From contig JBHGNT010000005.1 in assembly GCA_043228905.1 (NCBI GenBank), positions 17,236,001 to 17,300,000 on the forward strand: a stretch of DNA of 64,000 bases, read 5' to 3'. Every line of letters begins with the position of its first letter. The stretch's first letter is position 1. A program made the translations under genes and the position numbers. Shown here piece by piece: positions 53,150 to 64,000 of this stretch. The DNA is from Azolla caroliniana. Its lineage: Eukaryota; Plantae; Polypodiophyta. The notes beneath the pieces were generated by a model that did no database searches, had not been told where the DNA came from, and saw nothing but the letters and a program-made list of their open reading frames with translations.

Positions 53150-54270
53150 TTAAAATTACACAGTAGATAATTTACTCAAAACAAGTGATTTAATTCCTCA
53201 TTGATTAATTTGTCATCAAATTACATATTTATAATACATCATTGGCAATGTCTACAAAGCGCCTACAAATAGTTAAGCTCTTGCTGGTAAGTGAAACTTC
53301 TCTACATATGTGATTCGCATACTGAGCTCGGTATGGTGTCCACAACCATGCAGTTAGTTGGCAGCTCAATGTTTTCATCAAGTAGTTATCAGGCATTTCG
53401 TCGGGTACAATGAGACAACATTTGCGAAGGTTGTAGTAATGCCAGAAATGTTATGTATCCACAATCAACATATTGTCGGCATTATATTCGGGCCAGGTAT
53501 GCCAAAAATCAGAAAGTCTTTTGAATCTTGCAATATCCTGCTGCTCACATCTTTCTCATGTCCACTGACCGTTGAAGTGTTGTCCCACTTTGGGAAGAAT
53601 CTTTCTACACACTTTCAAACATCTGAACGTGGTTTTTCACTCCAAATAAACAAATCAAAGTATTGCATAACCCACTCTAGAAATTGATTTGCATCTCTCC
53701 TTGGTGTCATATATCGCACACTCATAAGCACTTTATCAAGCTCCAAGATCAAGGTTCTTCTTTCGTCTTCTAATGGTTTAGGTTTCCATTCCTGCAACTG
53801 AGCCTCTGTTACACCAAGTATTGGTAGCATACGATCAATTTCAATCAACTCAGGTTTTGTTGACACAATTGGTGCCCTTTTCCTCTTCAAACCCCTGGTT
53901 TATTGTGTCTTTGGGTCTTGCTTCACCTTGTTTTGCTCTTGTGCAGTCATTAGGCATGGCTTCACAATGTTTTGCTCTTGTATAGTCGACCGTGTCATCG
54001 GTTTTGGCATGACCTCTGTGCATATAGATACTTCTCTAGTTGATATCAGGCCACTGGTATCACATGTTGCATCTACCTGGAAAATCAGATCATCTGTGCA
54101 ACATGCTTGATCTACTTGTGTGACCAGCTCATTTGTGTTAGTTGCTACATCTACTTTCAAGATGGGGCCCTCTAAACACGCAGCAACATCAACAGTTTCC
54201 ACAATGCTATCGGCCTTCAGAGCTATAAATTCAAACCCTTTAGACTTTGCAACATCAGAAAACAGCAACA
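53150..54270 (-). pseudogene. Degenerate FCP1/NIF-like HAD phosphatase-domain coding region
   Basis: RRTLILELDKVL..RRDANQFLEWVMQYFDLFIWS resembles the NIF family (KxLxLDLDETL..RPxxxxFLxxxxxxFExxIWS). First catalytic Asp is Glu; stops present. Confidence 0.5.
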
Positions 54271-54539
54271 GATTCACAGTCACAAAGTAGCTAACAAACT
54301 CACAAAACAACATGATAATGAACATGAAATATTCTACAACAAAATAATAATATTATCTTAATATCCATCATAGAGTTCCATTACATAATGTGGATCAAGC
54401 AACAACCAATCTGAGGTGTTACTTGTCCAAATAGACCATAGGCCATATTCATAACTTTCTAGGAAAATATCTAACAATCATATCCCACTAATCAGTAATT
54501 GGTAGTAATTAGCTCCAATTCAAGAGCCCCTTGATCGAG

Positions 54540-56950
54540 TAACTGGTCTTGTCCTCGATCATGGCCCCTTCTTCAGCCTTTTTCTAGCAGGTTGCCCATT
54601 TAGCCTTGCTTCTTTCACCCATTGCACAAGTGTGTCCTCCTTCGACAACCTTTCCATCGCCTCAACAATGGCTTGCACGTCAGCCGCGTCTTGCTATAGC
54701 TTTTCAAGTACAGTGGGATATTTTGGGACACCATCAACAGTTGGGCTCGGTGGGGTTGAATCAAGGTTTTGGGATTCAAAGAAATGTTGCATCAAGTGTT
54801 CAAAAACGCTTTTCATGGCTTTTCACAACGTTGCATAATTCAGTACAATCTTCCAAAAGAATAGGGTGGAGCTGATCTGAAGGAGATGTGATAGCAAAAC
54901 TCTTACTTTCAGCCACGTTGCTAGTTATCTCCTCATTGGTCGCGGTGTCATTGGCACCAAACACCTCATGCAACCTCCTTAATCCACGAGATTCTACAAC
55001 AACATGTCAGCTAATTAGTGGCCTCTCTTGTGTTTTTCTATGACCTTAACTGAATTCTAAACATGATAGCTAATAGCTACATGGTAGGTAATTAGCAGCC
55101 ACTCTTGATACTACTACATCTTAGCTAAATAGTTATTCTTCTTAACTATGGCAATAGTTAATTACCTATCACTCTTGATATTGCTTAGCTAATTAGCTGT
55201 TAGACTGTAGGTTAGCAGTAGCTAATTAGCTGCTAGACTATAGGTTGGCAGTAAACCATATATTTGCAGTAGCTAATTAGTTACATCCTGGCTAATTAGC
55301 TAATACCTAGGTTGTAGCTAATTAGCTACTACACAACTGAACCATAATAGCTAAATAGCTACCACACTTTATACAGCTTAGCTAATTAGCTAAGATGTAA
55401 CTAATTAGCTATTCTACTTAAGTATCATAGTAGCTAATTAGCTACTACACTATAGGTTGGCAATAGCTAATTAACTGTTGACTTTAGCATGGCAGTAGCT
55501 AATTAGCTACATCGAAGCTAATTAGCTATTCTACTTAAGTATGGTAGTAGCTAATTAGCTACCGCTTAACTAATTAGCTACTACACTATAGGTTGGCAGT
55601 AGCTAAATAGTTGTTGACTTTAGCATGACATTAGCTAATTAGCTACATTGAACCTAATTAGCTATTCTACTTAAGTATGGTAGTAGCTAATTAGCTACCA
55701 CTAAACTAATTAGCTACTACACTATAGGCCGACCGTAGCTAATTAGCTATTCTACTTAATTATGGTAGTAGCTAATTAGCTACCACTTAGCTAATTAGTT
55801 GCTCGACTATAGGTTGACAATAGCTAATTAGCTAAGATGTAGCTAATTAGCTATTCTTCTTAACTATGGCAGTAGCTAATTAGCTACCACTTTTGATACT
55901 ACTTAGCTAATTAGCTACACTATAGCGAATTAACTGCTAGACCATAGATTTGCAGTAGCTAATTAGCTACATCTTGGCTAATTAGCTAAATTATACCTAG
56001 GTTGTAACTAATTAGTTACTACACTACTGAACCATAACAGCTAAATAACTACCACACTTTATACAGCTTAGCTAATTAGCTAAGATGTAACTAATTAGAT
56101 ATTACACTATAGAGACAAGCAACAATTTTACCTGTCAGTTTTCTCCACTCATCTGGGAGAGTTGTATTGCAATCCCCTAAACAAACTACAACAATGCGAC
56201 AAGCATATTGAAAACAAACGCTATGGTATGTGTGTTGGCATTTTCGTAGGTGTACCAACAGAGTAGCATTTTTGTCCTCTATGCCTAAGCTGCAAACGAT
56301 GCAACGTGCTTGAACAGTTAGTATATCGTTGATTGGTTCTCCTTCATTTGGTAAGGGAGCAAGAATGCTGAGGTCCAATTCTTGCCTGTTGTTTACCATC
56401 CCCTCCACAAAATGTAGCTGCTTCTTAAGGCAACTAACTACCTGTTCTTGATGGGAGTATTGTTCCTAGAACGTTGCCAAGAAATTACCGATTTATCATT
56501 CCTTAATGAGGAAGATAGAGCAACAAGAAACAAGAATCATTAACTTACTTGGAGGTTCTCCAAATTGTAAGCAACGATAGTATTTACACCTAGAAGGTCC
56601 AGGTTCATTGAAAGAACCTGGATCTCTATCTACAATTGTATTTTCCGTTGGGGATCCAGCGGCCCCTCAATTTCGAGCTCATGTTGAGCAACCTATTCCA
56701 GATAATGCCTCACTAAGCACATTTTCATGTACAAGTTTTATAACATGTTACATACTAACAAAACAATTGTTGCCTGAATCTTGTTTTTGATTGTTGTCAC
56801 TACCAAAGTGACTTTGCTCTCCATCGCAACAGCCAATGTTGCTTTCTCTAAATCAATCTTTGTTGCCTCTAATTTCTCACATGCTTCATGGACATTTTTT
56901 AGCATATAGTTAATCAATGTCGCACCTGTATCATCGACATAAGATGGGAA
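54540..56950 (-). pseudogene. Degenerate spliced gene with coiled-coil and RING-H2-like finger; 5' end lost at the LTR junction
   Basis: Exon 56465-56132 encodes CIVC..CQHTYHSVC..CLGDC. Intron 56131-54994 (GT..AG) joins in frame to ESRGLRRLHEVF. Upstream exons at about 56950-56550. Confidence 0.55.
55008..56097. repeat. Array 2 of the palindrome TAGCTAATTAGCTA, inside the RING-gene intron
   Basis: Same core as array 1 but different spacers (TTCTACTTAAGTATGGTAG, CTACACTATAGGTTGGCAG, AGATG, etc.). Confidence 0.93.
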
Positions 56951-57348
56951 TGACATAAGAGCATGAAAATAGAGATGAAGAAGGTGACAAGATGGAGTGA
57001 AACGAGAATACTAGATTGATGTGTTAATGATTGGTGTTGAATCCCTTGAAAGGGACCATGGAGGTTACAAGTATTTATACATGTTCCAAGATTGAGTATC
57101 TCTAGAATATACTCGAGAAATATCTCTAGATATACCCGTTTAGAATATACCGCACAATAAATTTCTAGATTATACAAACGACTAGAATATTCTGATTCTG
57201 AAATGTACTATATGCTAGACTATAGAATGCTAAATTATTATATACAAATGCATGCTCATATCAAAATTGTTGAGGATGATATCTTGTTGATGTGAGATGT
57301 AGGTTCAATCCTCACCAACTATGTATTTCATGTCACTATGTTGTAACA
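56951..57348 (-). mobile_element. Isolated LTR without matching TSD
   Basis: Minus strand reads TGTTACAAC...TATAAATA...CTTATGTCA. Flanks differ, suggesting a deletion junction. Confidence 0.55.
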
Positions 57349-57788
57349 AACGGGTCCGTCAACCGCTACAAAGCTTGACTTGTAGCAAAAGGTTACGCAG
57401 AGACACACGAAGTTGACTATGAAGAAACCTTTGCCCCGATGGCAAAGATGACAACTATGCGGACTGTGATTGCACTTGTAGGGGCGAAAGGGTGACATCT
57501 CCATTAGATGGACGTCAAGAACGCTTTTCTTCAAGAAGAATTAGAAGAGGTGTACATGGTACAACCACCCGGCTTCGAATCCAGCAACCATCCAAAAGTA
57601 GTATGCCATCTCAAGAAGCCGTTGTACGAACTCAAGCAAGCACCGCGTGCTTGGCATTCGAAGATCGCTCAGTATCTTCATCAAATCGGACAACTTTCAC
57701 TATGTAAGAAGCGATTCCGGAAGTCTAATTGTTATCATCCTATACGTGGATGATCTAGTGTCATTGGAGGTGAACATCTAGTTGACAT
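57349..57788 (+). pseudogene. Copia RT fragment
   Basis: [40 protein letters not shown]. Confidence 0.88.
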
Positions 57789-60700
57789 TGTAAAGAATCA
57801 AGAGATGGATTCTTGTGAAGCTGAATAGGTGTGAACTGTGTGTGTGTGTGTGAGATTGAGAGAGAGAGAGAGAGAACCACAGAGTATACGCAAGGTTAAA
57901 AGTATATTGACAAAGGAGAAAGACTCAACATTATACAAGGTGGGAGGAGGGTGCATTATGTAGTCACCCTCTCTCTTCATTAACTACAAGCCTCATGGAG
58001 CATGGGGAATGTGAAAGCTCATAAGTTATGTGCCATAGAATATGATTCCATGACTCATACTAAATGCTAGAATACAAAGTGGTGACATAATGGTGACTCT
58101 TGACCGTTGGAGTGTCTCTTCACTCTCAAGGTGAGTTCACACACTAGACCAAGTTGAGCTTGATTCTCAACACGCCCCCTCAAGCTCAAGTCGGGTTGGT
58201 TTCATACGATATCCGAAATCCGCTTCAACTCACGTTCCGGAGTCCGCGTCGACTCGCGTTGTCGTGCCTTTCGGCTCCGGATCGTTTGCGTGAGTCGGGT
58301 GGGAACCACTAGGGTTTTGGACTAGGAGAAAGAAGAATATGAGATGAGGCTAGTAATGAATAGATTATTAGAAAGAGAGATAGAAATTTCGTGAATCCCA
58401 CGAGTGTATTGTATTCGATTAATCAATATTTAGATAAGAATATGTATTTAGATTGAAAGAAAGATATAAGAAACTTGTGAATCCCACAAGTATAGATTAT
58501 ATTATTTTCGTGAATCCCACGATTATATTAATCGGTTGGTATTTTCGGAAATATATCCAATTTCCAAATATTTCACACACCTATTACATTGTGCTCCCCA
58601 TCCTTATGTAGTGATGGGAGAGACTAAGCATAACTACATGCTTTTTTTCTAATATGTTCATGCACACTAAATGTGCATGTGATGCTTTTCTAATCCTTGC
58701 TTTTATTTGCTAAATATAGTGCTCATGCACGCTAGATGTGCATGAGTCACTTTTTAGTTGCTTGCGTTTTTCTATAAAATATTCACGCACTCTAAAAATG
58801 CATGATTTACCTTTTAATAAAGGTAAGCGCAAATAAAGCACTTATAGTTATTAAATCTATTTGTAGAACACTAAAGATAAGATAGCATAATGGTAAAGTT
58901 GAGGTTTGGCTACGTGGAGGTATAGGGTTTGAATCCTGCCCTATGCACGTGATAAATATTTTGATATTCTTATTTTTTTTATTTATATGTAATTAAATCG
59001 GTTATATTATTTTTACTTTTTCACGTAGTGTACGAAATACACTACGACAGCGTTGGCTCGCTTTATGCGGAGTTGCGGAATCCGTGCTCCAGCTTGGGTT
59101 GTGCGAAGTCTGTGCTTCGGCTTGGGTCTTTCTTCGCGGCTTTGCGCAGTAGATCGGCTCTTTGCTGCTTCGTTGCATGGTTGTGGAATCCACGCGTTAT
59201 TGCGTAGTGTCTTCAGTACTCCCCCTCAAGCTTGGCAGGTCAGGGATCGTCAATCCGAGATCGGCCATGAATTGCCATAGCTTGTCGGCTCCTAAGGCTT
59301 TAGTGAAGATGTCGGTCGTTTGAAGATTGGTGCTAATGTGTTGTAGGTCGACATCGCCAGCTAGAACGCGCTCTCGGATGAAGTGATAGTGCACTTCAAT
59401 GTGCTTTGTCCGTGCGTGGAACACCGGGTTCCGAGCTAGATAGATATTGCTAATGTTGTCGCAGTAAAGGGAAGTCGGATCCTTTATGGGTATGCCCAGA
59501 TCCTTCAAAATCCTCTTGAGCCATACGGCTTCACACGCAGCTACGGCTACGCCCCTGTATTCCGCCTCCGTACTCGAAAGAGCGATGGTAGGGCTACTCC
59601 AGGATATTGCTCCGCTGCCGAGGGAGAAAACAAATCCGGAGGTTGATCTTCTATCAGCTTTGTAGCCGGCCCAATCGGCGTCTGTGTACCCCTCGAGTCG
59701 TAGTGGCATCGCGGTCTTGTAGAGGATGCCGCAATCCATTGTGCTGCTCACGTACCGTAGAACTCGCTTAGCGCAATCCAAGTGAGTATCACGCGGTGTT
59801 TGCATGAATTGGCTAAGGAGACCGACCGGATAACTAAGATCGGGTCGTGTGATCGTGAGGTAGATGAGACTCCCGATGAGTTGCCGATACTGAGTCGGCT
59901 CACACGCTTTGGTGCCGGAGTTCGCATCTAGTTTGAGATTACGATCGAGCGGGGTTGCCACGGATTTGCACTCAGCCATCCCGAACTTGTATAACAAGTT
60001 GAGGATGTAGTGCCGTTGAGAGATCATGATTCCGGCCGGAGTCCGAATTACCTCGATGCCGAGGAAGTAGTAGAGCTCCTTCATGTCCGTCATCTCGAAC
60101 TTGTCAGAAAGGAGGGATTTGACCTTATTGATTTCGACGAGATGCTCACCTCCAATGACTAGGTCATCCACATATAAGATGATGACAATCGGACTTGCGG
60201 AATTGCTTCGTATGTAGAGGGAGTTGTCCGATTTTGACATACGGAAGCCGATTTGATGAAGATATTGCATTATCTTCGAATGCCAAGCACGCGGTGCTTG
60301 CTTGAGGCTGTAGAGTGGCTTCTTGAGTCGGCATACGGCTTTTGTAGAAAGGCGTTCTTGACGTCTATTTGATGGAGGTGCCACCCTTTCGCCGCGGCTA
60401 TCGCAATTACGGTCCACACCGTCGTCATCTTTGCCACCGGGGCAAAGGTCTCTTCGTAGTCGAAGCCATGTGTCTGAGCGTATCCTTTCGCTACGAGTCG
60501 AGCTTTGTAGCGGTTTATGGAGCCATCAACGTTATACTTCACCTTGTAGATCCATCTGCATCCAATCGCCTTTTTGTGTGATGAGGTGGGAATGAGATCC
60601 CACGTCTCGTTCTTCCGTAGTGCCTGCATCTCCTCATTCATTGCTTCGATCCATCGCGGGTCCTTCGCGGCTTCTGAAAAGGTTTCCGGCTCCCGTACTG

Positions 60701-61162
60701 TCGCTACCTTCATCATAAAGGCGTAATGGTACGCCATATAATCGTTGTAGCCGAATCGACTTATGGGGTTCTTTTCAGGAGTGGATCGGCGGAGCTTTTC
60801 ATTTGCAGAGATGAGGGCTTTCTTGGCTCCGATTGGTACCTCGAAACCGCCGAACTCACTGTCGAAGCGATCGTCTTCATATTCCGCCATTTTCGCCTTG
60901 CCTTTGTCCATCTTCGGGCTAAGCCGTGATGTGCTTTGATCGCTCAAAGGCTCTTGTGGTCCGCTCAGTCGGGTCGTGATCGGACTTTCTTCAATCATGT
61001 GCTTAGGGCGATCTTCATCCTCGATCTCTTGTTCAGCAGATTCCGGGTCGAGCGGAGTCGGAGTCGGAGTCGAAGTTGTCTTTGGTGCGTACCAAGATGC
61101 GGACTCGTCAAAGACGACGTCTCGACTTACCCGAGATTTTCGAGTTGAGGGGTTGTAGCACT
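57789..61162 (-). mobile_element. 5'-truncated Copia element: integrase tail, RT, RNase H, ~1-kb 3' UTR, PPT and 3' LTR 57789-58172
   Basis: CYNPSTRKSRVSRDVVFDE; ILYVDD; GYTDADWAG; TKHIEVHYHF. Deletion/frameshift near 60344. PPT TTGAGGGGGCG next to LTR TGTTGAGAATC...GATTCTTTACA. Confidence 0.92.
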
Positions 61163-63130
61163 CGTCAATGTCTGCATGAAGTTGGCATTGTGGTAGATGA
61201 TAATGTTAGGTCCGATGGTCTTCGAAAGTATGAGTCTTGGTTTCAATTGGCGTTTAGAGATGGAGAAGTATGGGACCTACAAGATCAAATCTTCTCAATG
61301 TGGGAGAATAAGGAGGTAAAGGGTCAACGACAAAAGAAATGTAGGGTTGACCCTCAACTAGAGTTAAAGTCACAAGCCGCCAAGAAAATTGGCTTGACAA
61401 TTGAAGAAGCGGTAGACGACATGAAGCTGTCTCTATGGAGAGCGATGCAAGGTATTAAGGACGAGCAACTTCTTGTGTCGGTTTTGTCAAGGGTTGTGGC
61501 GAAAGATTTAAGCCTTGAAGAAATGGTCACTGAGTTCAATAAGTAAGTCTTTCAAATACTGAAATTGTAGTCTATCTGGTGTAATTCAAAGTTCTAATCT
61601 TGATTTCTAATTTTACAGTCATAAGGTGTACATGAAGATCCAAGAAGTTATGATGAAACAACTTGGATGTATAACTTGGGAACAAGTGACCGAGGATTAT
61701 CGTCTAACGTCTTCGTATAAGGCGTTATCAGAGTATTTTATTGCATTCAAGGATTGGGTTAGTATTCATGGTTTTTCATTACCCTTTCATCATATGTAGA
61801 GCTTGTATAATAATGCCTGATGTCCTATTGCTTCTATTAGAAACTGTGTCGAGGCAAGAAACAAGGAGAAGTTAAGGATATACACGATTTCCCTACATCC
61901 TTCCTTGCACATCTCGAGCGAGCCAGAAAAGAAAAGGATCGTCGCTTAGTCAAGGCGTACGAAATGGAGGAAGATGGCTCCTTTAAAAAATTTAGCCACA
62001 AAAAAGATATTACGAGAGATCTTTACTACAATGTGGTTTGCGGTGATGTCATCGACTTGATCCAGAAGGTGCCAAAGAAGGAATATACGCTAATGATTGC
62101 GGATATTCCTTACGGATTTCGAATGGCTGGGTCATCATACGACGATGAACCGTTTAGGTTTAAACAATTGGAGAAGATGGTCAAGGATTTCGCTGAGCTA
62201 ACGACCGCATCCTTGTGGCGAATAGTTGTCTTTCATAGTATGGACCAAGGGTACTCGGTAGCTCAAGCTTTGAGATCTCGTTGCCATGGCATCGAGAACC
62301 TTGCATGGTAAGGATTATTTATAGGTGTCTTTCACTATATTGCATTTCTTAAGGTTGTTGAATCTATTCTTAACTCGATGAATTATTTTTTATAGGATCA
62401 AGACCAATGTAAATAGAGGGCCAACTTTTCGGTTCGTTAATGCCATTGAATACATAACGGTTGGCTACTTCGATGAAATTAAGAAATAGAGAATCAAAGA
62501 GCATTCTAATGAAGTGGGAGGTTCAAATCTGTTGGTATATCCAGCAGTGACACGGAAATTGCGACATGTCACCACGACAGAACGAGGACTTGTCAACCCA
62601 TACCAAAAACCTCAACGACTTATGATGCGCTTGATCAAGATGTTTTCTGTCGAAGGAGACTGGATATTAGATCTCTTTTCTGGCACAGGTATTCCTCGAA
62701 CCAGGGTAACGATCTTGAGATAACCAATCCCTTTTTTTTCGTTTGACAACTAAATCTTATTGTTACTTACATCACAGGAACTACGTCTGCATGTGCATTG
62801 AAGCTGTTTAGAAATACAGTTGCATTGGAGAAGGACGAGGACCAAGTTATATTTACTAATATGCGGATTAAGGCTTTGTGGGAGTGCTCAGACCAGGATG
62901 AGGAGGTCGGTGCAAAGAACCTCGCCAATACAGAAAGGTTTCAACCTGCTTCGCGAGAGCCTATTCCTCCGTTAGCCGGCGAACCGGGGGAGCTAATAGA
63001 GCTTGATGATGAGCTTATAGAAGATATTTCGTTGGCTCGGCTAACAGGGGAAACCAATGCACGTATAGCCGAAGACAGTTCTACACAAGATGATGAAGAA
63101 AATGACGTTGATGAATTGATTACTATGTAA
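61163..63130 (+). pseudogene. Spliced beta-class N6-adenine/N4-cytosine DNA methyltransferase (N6_N4_Mtase-like); 5'-truncated, one premature stop
   Basis: Exons 61163-61542, 61619-61757, 61841-62307, 62396-62688, 62778-63130 join in frame (544 codons). Motifs in order: CGDVIDLI, MIADIPYG, WIKTN, EYITVG, NPYQKP, ILDLFSGTGTTSACA, ALEKD..RI. TAG at 62487-62489. Confidence 0.85.
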
Positions 63131-63549
63131 TAGACTCTATGAAGAATATGACACTGACGATTTGTTAAGATTTCACATTATTAATACAAATTTTGGGTTT
63201 TACCTAGTGGATTCTATTCTTTATAATCTTCTATATGTTTCAATTTTATTTTTATATACTTGATTAGTAGATTTATGACATTGGTTTCACCGCGTGCATA
63301 GCTGACTACCAAACTTATGGAAAAACATGAACTAGTTTAAATGGAGGCTGATTTTGGTCCAAGCTAACCTTAACAGAACATGGCCCTATAATTGTTGCCA
63401 TGACTGTCCATGTTGTTATTATGGATCTTTGTCTTCTATTGTTAAAACTATTATGTTTCTATTCCATTGCTGCTTAGATTGTGTAGTGTGTTGATAATGG
63501 TTCCAGTTGCGTTATCGTTGGGAGTTTGATCTTGTGTGAATCACCTAAG

Positions 63550-63830
63550 CAATAGAGTAGATCAATTTTAAATACAGGTATGAAAGCCTAATAGGTTTGT
63601 TATTTCCACGACATTATCCTAAAGTTCACTGCCTTACATTGTCCACAATTATAAACATATGGTTTGATCCCATATGAACAAACTGAGGAATAGATTAGAT
63701 CAACTTTAAATACAAGTATTGAATACTTTAATAAGTTAGTTATTCCAATCACTTATCCTAATGTGCACTATCCTACATTTTCCACAATTACATACATGCA
63801 CGTATGGGTCAAAGTATAAATTATATCTCA
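63550..63830. repeat. Diverged tandem repeat, about 140 bp x2 or more
   Basis: TAGATCAA.TTTAAATACA.GTAT..TTATCCTAA.GT.CACT..TACATT.TCCACAATTA at about 63557 and 63696. Confidence 0.65.
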
Positions 63831-64000
63831 TTTTATTAGTATGGATACAACTACACCTGATATTTTTGTAAAACTTACCTAATTAATATAAGTCTTTAAG
63901 TTAGTGTTTCCCTTGTCGCACAGTAGTGACATATTGAGCCATAGTTGAACTTTATTATGCCTACATTAACTTATCAACATGTCTAAACTTGCATGATTTC

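Noticed and set aside
50027-56097. CRISPR-like appearance (palindromic repeat plus spacers)
   Set aside because: The repeat is only 14 bp, spacers are 5-19 nt and themselves reused, there are no cas genes, and the context is eukaryotic introns.
61076-61162. N-terminus of ORF 61076-61546 as the MTase start
   Set aside because: These codons are antisense Copia integrase sequence; the real 5' end is missing.
61163-63130. Bacterial contamination as the source of the methyltransferase
   Set aside because: It has four in-phase spliceosomal introns and is directly joined to a plant Copia element.

Overview
Eukaryotic plant nuclear DNA, most likely from a fern or other non-seed plant. That assignment is inferred from the intronless PLS-type PPR genes and the LTR lineages present. 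The first ~27 kb is gene-bearing: a CD2BP2/LIN1-like splicing factor with an OCRE domain (minus strand, runs off the window), a GDSL lipase, a two-RRM hnRNP A/B-like gene and two PPR genes, interspersed with solo LTRs, a LINE tail and microsatellites. The remaining ~37 kb is a nest of transposons. A spliced DDD transposase (Sola2-like) is split by an 18-kb LTR block that holds several nested Gypsy/Copia elements. It faces a degenerate spliced RING / FCP1-like cargo locus, and both carry intronic arrays of the palindrome TAGCTAATTAGCTA. At the right end lies a spliced, bacterial-type beta-class N6-adenine/N4-cytosine DNA methyltransferase pseudogene, the most notable finding. It may be cargo of the same large DNA transposon. 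All calls come from manual reading and motif recognition; no database search was run.
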